From NCBI RefSeq assembly GCF_963921235.1, contig NC_086108.1, forward strand, positions 84,818,001 through 84,882,000: a stretch of DNA of 64,000 nt, written 5' to 3'. Positions 1 through 12,944 of this stretch are shown here, piece by piece; positions within the stretch are counted from its first letter, which is position 1, and each line of letters opens with the position of its first letter. The position numbers and the translations under genes are program-made. The notes below the pieces were generated by a model. It was given only the letters and a program-made list of their open reading frames with translations. It did no database searches and was not told where the DNA came from. Origin of the DNA: Mobula hypostoma (Eukaryota).

Positions 1-484
1 TTACTACTAGCAATGGTTGGAATGACCTAGCTACTTTGAATCCATGGAGCACCCATAGAAAAGAAAATTCCTGACTGAAACAAGCAGTATATTTGGAGGA
101 GAGAAGAGATATTTCCCAGAAGTCTAAGCTTATTTTCCCACACATATTCTAGGTCAAACGTAGCCAAAATCAACATGACTGAAAACTAATTTATACCTTA
201 CATGTAGCCAATATCTTGAATTGCACACAGACAGGTTTATGCACATTTACTCTGATCACATTAACCATAGCTTTAGTCTATTCAAATTATTTTTGGCACT
301 TTTGACATGGATTTACTGTACATGAAGCAGATGTGCAAGTGAAAATATAACCAAATCAACTGCTTAACTTATTAGATCAATAAGCTCTTCAAAATATGAG
401 GGAATGCCAAAACAGGAAAGTAAAGGTAAAAAATCTAATTGCCTTAAATCCCTGAATACAAGAAAATAAGAAGCAGGAGTAGTG

Positions 485-912
485 TGGAACAAGCTGCCAG
501 CGCAACTGGTATTCTCTGTGAATTCTCTGCCACAGGAAACAGTTGAGGCCAGTTCATTGGCTATATTTAAGAGGGAGTTAGATATGGCCCTTGTGGCTAC
601 GGGGGTCAGGGTGTATGGAGGGAAGGCTGGGGCGGGGTTCTGAGTTGGATGATCAGCCATGATCATAATAAATGGCGGTGCAGGCTCGAAGGGCGGAATG
701 GCCTACTCCTGCACCTATTTTCTATGTTTCTATGTTTCTATGTGAGTTTGATTTCAATGTTTAAGAGAAGTTTGGATAGGTACATGGATGGTAGGGGGTA
801 TGGACGGCTATGGTCTCAGTGCAGGTCAATGGGAATAAGCAGTTTAAATGGGTTGGCAAGGACTAGATGGGCCAAAGGGCCTGTTTCTGTCCTGCTCTTT
901 TCAATGACTCTA
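485..912 (+). mobile_element. Two tandem CR1-type LINE/SINE 3' ends
   Basis: Motif tggaattctctgccacag...gggcggaatggcctactcctgc recurring in window, (TTCTATGT)n tail near 720-743, second end gggccaaagggcctgtttctgt. Confidence 0.7.
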
Positions 913-1344
913 TGAGGAGGGCGCCAGGCCCTTCAAGTCTTCCATGCCTTTTAAAATCTATGCTGACATCAGCTCCTCTTCTATATTCTTCTATATTTCT
1001 CCATAACTCTGTTCATCAATCTTGCAAATATTTATTGCCTTCTGTTTAAATAATACTAATGATCCAACATCCACTATCCAGCAGGAAGAGGATTCCAGAT
1101 ATTCACCACCCTCTGCAAGAAGAAATTTCTGTTCACTTCAGTCTTAAATGACTGCTCCTTTTCTTGCAGTTATGTCTCCTTATTTGAGACTCTTTCACAA
1201 TTCAGTAGTTCCCTACCAAGACCCCTTAGGATTCTATATGTTTGAGTACGGTCAACTCTCATCTCTTTAAACTTTAAGCTATACAGGCCTGAACTATTTA
1301 GCCTCTCTTGGTCAGACAATCAACAGTACAAGTGATAAAAGGAT

Positions 1345-2105
1345 GCCAGTATTGGGCGGAGCTTAGGAGGACAATGGCGCCTAACGGTGATTCCTTTGCT
1401 TGCATTTTCGGAAACAACTCTATTTCTATCTTTAGTATCTCTATTTTTATCCATTTCAGAGTTCTTTTGAAGACCCTGACCTGGAGTTGCACGCTAACTT
1501 CAGTTCTTTGCGGAAATGGGTCCCGCTCTCAGGGTCTCACGACTGGCCGCTTTTCGATATGCCAAGGACGCGGCTTAGAAGACTAGCACACCTTCAGGGT
1601 GCCAGATTTTCGTGGCTCTGCAGGCGGGCAGACTCGAGAGCAGCAAGCTGGCTGCTGGCTGAGTGCCCAGAGGCCTGAGTTCTTTGGACACAGAGCTCGG
1701 AAAAAGCTACGCAACAGACTTTTAATACCATAAATTGGTAAGTTGTTTTGTTATGTCTCCTCTCTTGCTGTGATACAGGGACACCTCATTTTCCTTTATT
1801 AGGGAGAGAGAGAAAGAGCCTGTGGTATGTTGAATTACCGAATGAATGAGTAGTCTTTGAGACACTGCAAGTTTGTGTCTTTACTGATGCTTTGCTGCAT
1901 GCTTGAGTGCTTGGTGGGGTGTGGGGGGGTGCCAATGCTTTTTTGCTGGTGGGAGGGGGGAGCTGGGGGGTGCCTTGGGGTTCTAACATTTAACTGTCAT
2001 TCACTCTTTGGGGCACCTCTGCTTTCGTGGAAGTTTGCGAAGAAAAAGAATTTCAGGATGTATATTTCACACATATCTCTGCCATTAAATTTATCTATTG
2101 AAACC
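1345..2105 (+). mobile_element. Unclassified interspersed repeat (GC/CpG-richer island)
   Basis: Abrupt compositional change, starts near ggacaatggcgcc, ends near attaaat; no credible protein; family not recognised. Confidence 0.4.
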
Positions 2106-2699
2106 AGTATTTTTAAATGTAGTTGCAAGTTATAAATTTGGGGCCAATAACACATTCAATTATGAAAATTATAATTGTATTGTTAGATTCTTCTTAAAGG
2201 AAAATAAATTTTTATGCCCAAATATCACTGTTGTAAATCTCTAGGTTTACACAGTACATCAAAATAGCCCTTGTACCTTACAGACTGAAAGTTCAAATTT
2301 ATTATCAAGGTGTGTATACCGTATACAATCTTGAGATTTACATTCTTGAAGAACACAAAAGACAAGGAAACTCAGTAGAATTCATGAAGAATCACATACA
2401 ACAAAGAACGCCACACATCACAGCTGCAGTTTCGAAATAATTCTCAAATACAATGCTCCTTTCATGATACCATCTTAGAAATGAACAATGCACAACTATA
2501 TTGTTGTTCTGAACCCTATTCCAATGAAGAAGTTGTCAAATTACTGAACTGCATGTTGATAGAGAGGGGATTAATTGATTTCTCATGACAGCCTAAATCA
2601 AAACATGACAGGTATCTATGTATCTTGGCAAAATGCCTTACAATGGAAAAAATATAAATACTTTGAGCTCATCAAGAGTCAGGGTATACTGGCCATTAC

Positions 2700-4030
2700 C
2701 AAGGAGAAGGTACCCTGGAATCAAAAGGCCTGAAGCTCAATAAATTACCTGAAGCAAACAGACTACACCTTGAGTTCTGAAAGACGTAGCTGAAGAGATT
2801 GTTTGAGAAGGGAGGGAGGCAAAAGACAGGAAATTGCAGGCTGGTTAGCCTGACCTCAGTGGTTGGTAAGATTTTAAGAGTCCATTATTGAAGGTGACAT
2901 TTCAGAGTACTTGGAAATACAGGATAAAATAGGGTGAAATCAATGCTGTTTCATTAAGGGGAGATGTTGTCTGATAAATCATTACAATTCTTTGAGAGGA
3001 TAACAAGTAGGATAGAAAATATAAAGTCAGTGGACGTTATTTACTTTATTTTCAGAAGGCCCTTGACAAGGCGCAGCCACACATGAGGCTGCTAAACAAA
3101 ACTGAAACCCAAAGTGTTGAGAGGCAAGGTACTAGCATGGATAGAAGATTGCCTGACTCGCAGAAGTCAGACAATTGGGGATAAAGGGGTCCTTTTCAAC
3201 ATGGTTGCTGTAGGTTAGTAGAGTTCTGCAGGAGTCCACATTGGGGCTGCAAGTTTCACTTTTTACATCCAGGAACTGATGGCATTATGGTCAAATTTTC
3301 AAATAATATCATGAAGGGACAGGTATTGTTAAAGAAGCAATGAGTCTGCAGTTCGACTTGGACAGGGTGAGAGAATGGACAAAGAAGTGTAAGATGTGAT
3401 ACAGTGCAGGGAAACATGAGATTATGCACTTTAGTCAGAAATGTAGACAGGTATGCGACGTTGGCATTCATTTTGAGAGGAATAGAACATAAAAACAAGG
3501 ATGTGCTGCTGAAGCTTTAAGGCATTGGGCAGGCCACATTTGGAATATTGTGAGCAATTTTGGACTCCATATCTGGGGAAAGATGTGCTGCCCTTGGAAA
3601 GGGTCCAAAGGAGGTTTATAAGAATGATCCCAGGAATGAGAGGCTTGAAGCATGAATTGTGTTTGACGTCTTTGGGTCTGCACTGAGTTCAGAAGGACAA
3701 GGGAAGATCTCACTGAAACCTACCAAGTACTGAAAGGCATGGGTACAGTAGGCATAGAGAGGTTATTTCAATAGTAGGAGGGTTTAAGATCCAAGGACAT
3801 GGGTCAGAACTGAAGAGGCATTTCTTCAGTGAAGTTGTTGCCATAGAGTGCATGAAGGCTGTTATTGAGTGCAGTTAAGCAGAGACTAATAGGTTCTGAT
3901 TGAAAGGGAATCAAAGGAAGAAAGTGACAGAATGGTGTTAAAAGAAGTAAAATCAGCCATGATTGAATGACGAAGATGACTTGACAGGTCAAATGGCATA
4001 ATACTACTCCTACATCTCATGGTCTAATTT
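2700..4030 (+). mobile_element. Degenerate CR1 LINE (RT region to 3' end)
   Basis: Colinear with CR1 copies at 46.4-50.1 kb (agcctgacctcagtggttgg, ttcagaaggcccttgacaagg, ccacatttggaatattgtgagc); frameshifted. Confidence 0.75.
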
Positions 4031-5204
4031 ATTTATACTGACTAACAGATACTAACTAAATATCACAAATATTCCTGACTGAAAATAACAGATTATGACA
4101 ATATATAGAGGGAGGAGGGGAGGTGGAAACAGAGAATTAAATGTTCGTCAGTTGGTTTGACTCTTCTTTGGCAGAGAAATATATTTAATGAGTCCAAATG
4201 CACAAACCATAAAAAATTTTCCACCAAATGAACATGGAAAATAAACTGCAGATAAGGAATAAGAAATCTTCCTGCCTCGATATTTCCACACAGTAAATGT
4301 GCATCAGTATAGTTCCCTTGACCAATTTAGTGAACAAGTTATGAACAATCAAAACCAAATACAGATTATGTATCAGTAGATTTTGCTGTTAAATGCAATA
4401 GTCCGCAAAACACTCTTCCAATGTGGCCATTTGGAACACACAAATTATTGTTTAAAATTGTAAGCTGGTATGTGATTACAAAGAGAATTATTCTAAATCA
4501 TAAACTTAGGAAAGCTAATAGAAAACATTATATTCTGAAGTATAGGTGCAGCCAAACTCAGTTTCACTAGAAATGCAGAAGTCAAAAGAACCTCTTCAAG
4601 AAGTCTTTCAACTGTTTTCATCACAACTGAGATGCACAAAGAAAATATTTGGAACTTGGTAACTAAATATTTGGTAAACAGAAATAAAGAAACAGTTACT
4701 TGCCAAGTGATAGCTCAGGCAGCATAAACAAAAAACTATTGGATGCTTTGATTACAAAAAGCTTTTGTCTGAAATCTATATTGCCTTCACTTCTATTACT
4801 CTGCAAGCAAAAGAAATAAAAAATTTGACGTTTCAGTATTTTTGAGGGAACATCAACTTCATTGTTAACACGCATTTTTAGACACAGATGTCAACATGAA
4901 ACCCTCTACAAGATCTTATTAATAAGGGTTTTGCCGGCTATGCAGTACTAAGAACTGAACTACTATGGATTAACCCCTGGACTGCCAATGTACCAGAGAT
5001 TTATTCTTTGTTAACATGGTCAAGAACCAGTATTTCAACTTTTGAACACAATACTATTTCCATTGTGAAACAGTATCACTATTGATCACAAAACCACGTT
5101 AAACAGTGTGTCCTGTTCAATTTAAACTTCTGAAATATGAAGATAATGTGATCCATACCAAATGAACTACTTGTACCTACAGCCACCAATAAAGTGAATG
5201 TCGA

Positions 5205-5810
5205 ATAGTATAGCATAGATACAGGCCCTTTGGCCCATGATATCTGTTCCAACAATAATATCAACTTAAGCTCATTCCTGCACATGGTCTATGTCCCTCC
5301 ATTCCCCTGCAAGTTCGTGTGCCTATTTAAATATCTCTTATATTTTGCTATCATATCCGCTTCCACCACTTCTCCTGATAGTGTGCTCCATGCACCTACC
5401 ACACTCTCTCTGTAAAAGATTTGCCTCATAAATCTCCTTTAAATTTACCCCCTCTCACCTTAACTATGCCATCTACTATTTGACATATCCACACAAGGGA
5501 AAAGTCTCTACCTACCCTATCTATGCCCTTATTATTTTATATACTTCTATCAAGTTGCTCCTCAGTCTCTGACATTCCAGGAAATCATCCAAGAATGTCC
5601 AACCACATCGTATAGCTGATACTCTAATCCTGGTTAAACTCGTCTGCACCCTCTCCACAGCCCCCACATCTTTCTTTCATGTGATGACCAGAACTGCACA
5701 CAATACCATAGATGTGGCCTAAACAAAGTTTTATAGAGCTACAGGGTGACTTGCCAAGTTCTATAATCATCCTGAATGATGAAGGCAAATATACTGTTCG
5801 CCTTCCCCGT
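5205..5810 (-). mobile_element. Degenerate CR1 LINE 3' fragment
   Basis: acaggccctttggccca terminus and reverse-strand CR1 C-terminal motifs (gaccagaactgcacacaatac). Confidence 0.65.
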
Positions 5811-7302
5811 CACGGTAGAAGTGAAGAGAATAGATTACCAGGAAATAAGTGAGAGAATGAGCTTTCTCTGAAAGCTGACATGGACTTGATGCTCAATATT
5901 AATTTTTGTTACATCAAAAAATAAGAAATATTAAAATATGTTTACAAAGTTTAAAATGAGGGAGCTGCATTTGAGCATGATAGTGAGATAGTGATAGTGT
6001 ATATTATTTTTAATTCTGAATTACGTCTTACAATACTTTTTCTTCCTTCCAATACAATGTAACATTTACAATGAACATTCTAGTTTTACCTGAATTCATA
6101 TTTGAAAAGTACTGAAATACTGAAATGTCTTATCTTTTGTAAAAACATAGATGGTCATCACCTAATATGATCTAAAATGTGCTGAGGTTTATATACAGCA
6201 TACATTTACCAATACCTACATTAGTTCATATTCTTAGTTTTAAATACATTTACATGTACAAAGAAATCAATTCATTAACAATTTATTGCAGGCCTCAAAT
6301 CTGACTCTGGTAAATTCCCTGTGTTTTCTAGGAAAATTAATGACAACATGTCTAAGTATATAAATTATTTTCAGGAACTAGGCATTTGCTGTTCTAAGTT
6401 ATAAGCTATAAAGGAAGAACACCGAGGCAATGGATAAGAGGTTAGGATTACAAAAAGACACCTTTGGCATTTTTTTAAGAAGAGCTTCTAAGAAAGCGGA
6501 TCAAGCAAAAGAAACATCAATTGCTAAAAATAAAAAGAGAAAATGTTGGAAATACCCTAGCAGTCATTCAGTATTTGTGAAGGAAGAGAGACATGGCCAA
6601 CGTTTCAGGTCACTGAATTTTCATCAATCACTGAAGAGTATTCCCAGGATTTTCATTTCTGATTTCTGGCTGCTGCAGCTTTTAGTCAATTTTTGATCAA
6701 TATTCTGATACTATTTGTTAAATTTGAAGTTTGTTGTACATATAATTTTATACAAATTCTACTCAAATTGACAGGAGTTACTCAGGATTTTGTGGAATAA
6801 AATGGTTCCACATGAAATGAGCAGTAAAATAAGTTGAATTGCTCCATCTGGTAATCTCTGTTATAATGAGGGCAGCTGCTTATAATAATAATTTTATAAC
6901 CCACTATGTCCTTGCATAGTTTTTTCTTCTTTAGCTTAATGGTACAAAGACATATTGATCCCCACCTGAACAAATGCTTTGTTTGTAATCATATTTTCCC
7001 TGCATGGTTTAGTTCCAGCTTGTATTGAACATGAGGTCATTTATCCACAAGCCTTAGTAGAAAAAGCGTTTTTCAGATGAACATAAAATATAAATTCAAT
7101 ACTGCCAGCAGGAAGTAACAAATTCACTGAGAACAGAAATTGTAAGGGAAGTAAACAAATAAGACATTTTTAATGATTGGTAGTTAATAATTTTACATGG
7201 TTTAGCTCAAAATTACCAATAACAAAGAACTCTTCAATTGGGATTTTAACAGCATGTAGATAGACTTTTAAAAATTCAAGAATAATCTTCTGACATGTTT
7301 AC

Positions 7303-7415
7303 CTGGAGTTTGGTAGTTTAATCGTCTCATTTCCACAGGATCTGAAGAGTGTGCCAACAGTGGGTCTTTTCCACCAGGAACGTCATCTTTTGCGGATGGA
7401 GAACTTGCTCGTTTC
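7303..7415 (-). CDS. PTPRF: PTPRF cytoplasmic juxtamembrane exon (113 nt)
   Basis: Translated by hand: RKRASSPSAKDDVPGGKDPLLAHSSDPVEMRRLNYQTPG; LLAHSSDPVEMRRLNYQTPG is characteristic of PTPRF; GTTCAG acceptor, CAG|GTAAAC donor. Confidence 0.94.
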
Positions 7416-8439
7416 CTGAACCAACCAAATGTCATTATTATCTAAAACTGCAGAGATTTCCACAGACTATTGTTACCCCTAATATCGTAATCTACAGGCA
7501 GAATTTGATGCTCTGCTTTTGTCAGCTAAGGTACTGTACATGAATAAATTACTTTATAAAATTCCCTTTAATTGAAACATCAAATGCTAAGTAATTCCTG
7601 GCCTTATCGTTTGCATTCCATATGTCTGATGGTACAAAGACTTTTTACATGACTGCAATATATGTAAAAAGTGGCGATTTCATTTGTGACCATTAGACAT
7701 TCTGATGAAACTTTTTGACATGGGAGTTCCACTTGAACCATTGTCTTTCAATCAGTCAGTAGCAGATATGGACCTTCAACAGTTACTATAAAGTTCCTTT
7801 TGCATTTAATTTAACAATGTAAACTGACCAGCGATGTTTCCAGACTTCACTGCCTTTTGATACAAAGATTAATGTTTAACTAACTTAAGAAACTTGTTTT
7901 CACTATCTTTTGGTATTTGCCAGTGTTTCTCAGTGTACTAAAGAGAACATAAAAGGTGACTTTTTGGACTTTCTGGAAAGTGCTAAATACTTGCAGGGAT
8001 CAGGTTCATGGTTACAATACAGTCCAGTGTTTATGCCTGACAAATATGTTTGTCAGGTGTTTTTCATGTTTGTTCACAGCTTATTAAACAATAAGCAGAC
8101 ATTTATGGATATTACGGATAAAATAAGTTTAATTTTACAGCTTGAATTAATTTTTTTATTATTGATGTAGAGGTAAAGCCAAATGTATTTTAAACACAAA
8201 GAATTTCTAAAACTCAAGAAGAGGGGGAAGGTGAAGATGGTGTGGTACGTAGAGTGTAACATTCATAATGATTTCTACAGATTAGCATTTACAACTCCAA
8301 AAATAAAAGGTTTTCTTTTTTTTTTTGCAAAAGTTTGCCATTTTCTGGCAAAACATGCTGCCAGAAAATAAACATTAGCATTCTGCTGATACCAATTCCC
8401 CGTACCAAACTTGCTATGCTCAGCAGAAAAACACAATAA

Positions 8440-8929
8440 CAGACATCCCAACCTGCAAGAACTCATTTCAGGGAGGTAGCATCATCAATTTGCGGGAGAC
8501 TCCCGGAACTTCTGGGAGAGGTGGGATGTCTGCAATAGCGTAGCTCCTTAGCAGCTAGCCAGCTAGTTTAAATAACGTTAGCTATGCTAATGAACGAATG
8601 ACACCTGATAAACTCACCTCAACATGTCTTTTACAGTCTTAACCCACCAGGGACAATCGAAAAGTCACTGTTGCAAGCAGTGCAGCGAGCAACACTGTCA
8701 TTATTTTTGACCCTTATTAGGCAGGGGTACACTTTAGGGTAGTCTGGGGTGATGTACGTTTTATTTTTTTTTTGGAACACTCTCCCATGGCACACTCTCT
8801 CTCTCTCCCTCTCTTGGTTGCTCTCAAAAAAATTGATTTCCGTGATATTGTATATAATTTGTGGGCATCAGGGAGCCACTATTAATTTGCGGGAGACTCC
8901 CGGAACTTCCGGGAGAGGTGGGATGTCTG
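8440..8929 (-). mobile_element. Non-autonomous hAT-like DNA transposon, copy A
   Basis: TIR cagacatccca / tgggatgtctg; 6-bp flanking duplication caataa; remnant zinc-finger exon (CTACNSDFSI..GG..CKRHVE); same family as 13265-13764. Confidence 0.8.
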
Positions 8930-9108
8930 CAATAACCTTCAAACCATCTTCAAAGAAAGACATAAAAACTTCAATGATAGTTGACCTAAGTTGCAAGAGG
9001 TTAAAGAGCAAATTTTCTGCTTGTCTTCTTTGGTAGGTATGCGAGAACATATGTGAATATTGCAACCAAGATCATTTTAAGGTAACATTACACTAGAGAG
9101 AGTCTTAC

Positions 9109-9120
9109 CTTTCCTGTTTA
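9109..9120 (-). CDS. PTPRF: PTPRF 12-nt juxtamembrane microexon (adds SKQE)
   Basis: T-tract..TGC..GGACACAG|TAAACAGGAAAG|GTAAGA; phase 2-2, gives ...LFK-SKQE-RKR...; LAR-family RPTPs have a 4-aa insert here. Confidence 0.85.
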
Positions 9121-9545
9121 CTGTGTCCACAAGATGGCAATAAACAAAAAAAAAAAATCAGTAAGCGATTTCTCCTTATTTTACCCATAATATTCCCTCT
9201 GTCTTCCTCAATCAGATGGACTCTCAGGAAAGGGTCAGAATATATGTCCGACTCCCAGAGGTGCTGCCACATTCTCAGTTCTAACTCTCTTGGTTATTCT
9301 GTTATTCTCACTTTAGCATTTCTTTGCACTACTACAGATTATATGACCGGCTTAGCACCATTCCGCTGTTTAGTGCTTGTCACTAAAATTTATTGAAGTG
9401 TTTATTAGTACCATGTACACTGTTTCCTCTGTGAACTTCATGGAAACAAGCAATTTCATTGCACCCTAATAATAAACTAACCTGAATCTGAACTTGTTTG
9501 CCATGAGACATTACAGATACTGCAAAAATAAAAAACCTATAGCTA

Positions 9546-9789
9546 CAAACAAGAGAAAATCTGCAGACACTGGAAATCAAAGCAACACACACAAAATGCT
9601 GGAGGAAGCTGCAGGCCAGGCAGCCATCTATGGAAAAGAGTAAACAGTTGATGTTTCAGGTATAGACTTTTCATCAGAATAGAACTTCATCAGGTTCTGA
9701 TGAAGAGTCTCAGCCCGAAACACCGGCTGTTTATTCTTTTCCATAGATGCTGCTTAGCCTGCTGAGTTCCTCAAGTATTTTGTATGTGT
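9546..9789. mobile_element. Palindromic Penelope-derived short element with two degenerate hammerhead cores in opposite orientation
   Basis: Inverted arms (acaaaatgctggagg...ctatggaaaag / cttttccatagatgctgc...gtattttgt); CTGATGA..GAAA on + at 9697-9720 and on - at 9645-9677. Confidence 0.75.
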
Positions 9790-10300
9790 CGAAAACACTG
9801 TAGCTTGCAGTTACATTCCCATGACATCAAATTTGAATCAAATCCTAACAATCAATACTCTGTATTTTCAGCACTAAACTAGCCATTCAGATAAATCAGA
9901 ACTATTTTGGAAACTCAATTTTCAAAGTGACCACCCTTTGTACTACTTCTTTTCACTTCTTGTCCTGTTATCTAGATAAACCATATTCCAGAAACATTGT
10001 GGCCTTCAAAAGGCTTCAATTCAAAGATTGATACATAAAGACACGTGTGCATATAAGCAAGTCTAAGAACCAGTGAGATAATCATGTCTTTTGTGAAAGA
10101 TTGTGAAGAATCAAAGAATCACATTTGTAAATTAAAAGAGAAATATTTCTAGCAGTTCCCAAGTTGGTGCTTTCACTTAATGTACAGTTTGATCTTATTT
10201 CCAAGTTACTGTTCGTAAGAAATTGTGCTGTAAAGCTAAATAGCCTCAGCATCCACCCTGAAGCCACAGGACTCTTCAAGTAATTGTGATACTATCTCAC

Positions 10301-10455
10301 CTTTTGAACAGAAGAATGGCAATGACAATGATGATAATTAACACAACGGCAAGCACTGGTCCCATCACCCACAACATCTCAGGATCATCTTGTGTACTTG
10401 ACGAAGCCTTTACCTCCACTAGGATTCTATCAGAGTAGGGACTGGCAGCGTACAT
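10301..10455 (-). CDS. PTPRF: PTPRF transmembrane exon (155 nt)
   Basis: Translated by hand: MYAASPYSDRILVEVKASSSTQDDPEMLWVMGPVLAVVLIIIIVIAILLFK; pyrimidine tract + GGGCAG acceptor, AAG|GTGAGA donor. Confidence 0.94.
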
Positions 10456-10814
10456 CTGCCCAGCAAAAGAAAAAGATATTACTGCATTAATTCATGACCT
10501 GCCTATTTAAGCTATTGTTTACTTATTCTCAGCTTCAAGAGTGAAAGGTGTGCTAATAATTCCACTTAAATAAAAGAAAAAAAGTAACAGTTAACATATT
10601 TTAATCGCCAATTTTCAAGAGCAAATATTTTATTGCAGGGTATGAGTTCACAAACTATTAATAAATCATTTCTGAAAATTCGATACACTGAGTGCAAGTA
10701 CACTCAGACCCTGCATAGCATTGATTTGTTACAACTCAGTTATTCAATTCTTTATTGAAAATTTTTTAAATGGCTAAAATTTATTCTCAACAACATTTAA
10801 GAGCGGTTGCCATT

Positions 10815-11400
10815 ACAGTAATCATCTAATCAGCCAATGAGAGTGCTTTACATACGCTCTGAGCCACTCACAACCAATCACATATTAGTTCATGCTCTGC
10901 TCCATGGCAAATGTAAACATTCTTGCTCCCTTGCCAATTATTCCATTTTATTCACCCATGATGCCTGGAAAACTCCATCAACTTCCAGTGAGGGTAGTAC
11001 ATCTAAAATGTCGAGGAAAAGCATTAGCATGGATGCGAAACTGCAAGTGACATGGCGTTCAGAAGCTGGTGAGCGTGAAGTTGATGTTAGTGCCTCTTCG
11101 AAATTTGCAATGTTCATTGATAATGATTCTGACTGGGAGCAAAGCACTAAGGCAAAGAAAGGTGTTCGACATTGAGAACTGCTTCACGAGAGAAAACTTA
11201 AGAAAAGGCAGCCAAATCTTGCGCCTACTTGAAGAAACCAAAGTTAGAGAAAGACCTACAGCCTGGTCCCTCCTCTAAGATGTAACCAAGACCCATTTCC
11301 CTCCACTGCTGCTGCCATGTGTTGCTGCTCCAATGATGTACAGGTTTGGCTATTTGCGTGTTTGTTACTCCATGAATTACTGTGTGTATATAAAATAGCA
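10815..11400 (+). mobile_element. Decayed, internally deleted pogo/Tigger-like DNA transposon
   Basis: RKSISMDAKLQV..RSEAGEREVDVSAS resembles the CENP-B/pogo N-terminal helix-turn-helix, followed by a C-terminal-like DSDWEQSTKAKKGV; ends unresolved. Confidence 0.5.
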
Positions 11401-12944
11401 TATCATACATCTTGGGCTTGTTTTTTGAAAACCAGGCACACATGTCCATTTACTTCATGTTATGATGACCCCACATAGTGCTGAATTGCATGGAGCTTAG
11501 AAAAATAGAGACCTATGGGTAAACCTAGGTAGTTCTAAGGTAGGGGCATGTTCGGCACAGCCTTGTGGGTTTCTAGGTTTTCTATGTTTCTATAGCATTC
11601 CACGTCCAAGGAACACATCCTCAGTGTTAAGCAGGGTCTGAGTGTAACTGTTTTGTGTGTACATGAAAGGAAAAAAAATCCTAACATACTTTCACACGAG
11701 ATCAGTGGGTTAGAGTCAACTTGGGGAGTCTGGCAGATCATTGGCCTAAAAACGCAACAGAGCCTCAATAGTGACTACAGCTAATGGATATGTTATGTGC
11801 AGTGAAATGAAAGGGTTCATAAAGTAGCATAGCAATTGGACATGATAATTAGTGACAAAGATAAGCAATCAGGACATAGCTTGAAAGGCTCTGTTCTTCA
11901 AAAAATTGTATTGTAAAGACCTCAGAAGCTACTAAGGGCAAAGTCCTGCCAGACTCCCCTGTGCTTGTGTAGACCTGCCAACCTCACATTTAGATATATT
12001 AAGATATTTCTCCCTCATTTACCTACAAACGGTTAGAGGCTCTGATTAAATTACAAACCATTCTGTTTCTCTTCTCTCAGTACTACATAACGATCTAGGC
12101 ATTTTATAATCTTACCTAAAATTAGGATTCAAATCACTACTCTTTCTTAATTACAAAGAAAATAGAAATTCATGTATTCGACATACCCGAAAAGGCAAAA
12201 TAACTCATTGGCAATACTAAAGTAATAACAATATTTCCCTCGATAACAGTTGCTACATCTAACATGCAATCTAGGTAAATAGCGTAGGTGATTTTGCCTA
12301 GATTCAACATCTCATGATAATCAACAAATTCTCACACCGCCAAATTACTTCAAGGTTTGTAGAAATTTCAAAACTCATCAACTGATTTAGCATTTCCCTT
12401 GTATATAAACTTTAAGAGCCTGGTAAATCCATTTTTCTTGTCATTACTTCACACTACATAACTAATTGCCTTTGCAAGATAGTCTCTCCTGAAATATGAC
12501 TGCATTAAACTGTAATTTAAAAGAGGAGGAATGTTTTTTCTTGCTGTCAGATAAATTTATTGTCTATTTTTTCCTTAGTGCTCTGTGACCCTACATTGAA
12601 AGCATTCTCAGCAGATGAATAATGAATAGTTTGACCAGTCCTAATGACCCATTACAGGAAAATGGTCTTAGAGCTGAATGTCGATTGGTAAGAAATTTTG
12701 TGGAAAATTACTACCCAGATGTCTACATAAATGCTTTGGGTGGGTACTTATCAGACATTTTCAATTGCAGCAGGTATGACTTTGTAACTGTTAATATACT
12801 ATCATCTTATTGTAATGGCTGCTTAAGTGATTACTCAACATCTTTATCAAGTGGATAGTTTGCTCAGAACTCAACAATTTCTATTTTCCAATATTATAAA
12901 TCATAGGAAAAAATTTACAAAATAAATTCAGGCTGTTGTCACCA

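Noticed and set aside
1..7302. Expected next PTPRF exons (optional juxtamembrane insert, start of phosphatase D1)
   Set aside because: No matching peptide with splice sites found by eye; the acceptor-like tract near 452-480 runs into a stop in the required phase. Probably outside the window, though a small exon could be missed.
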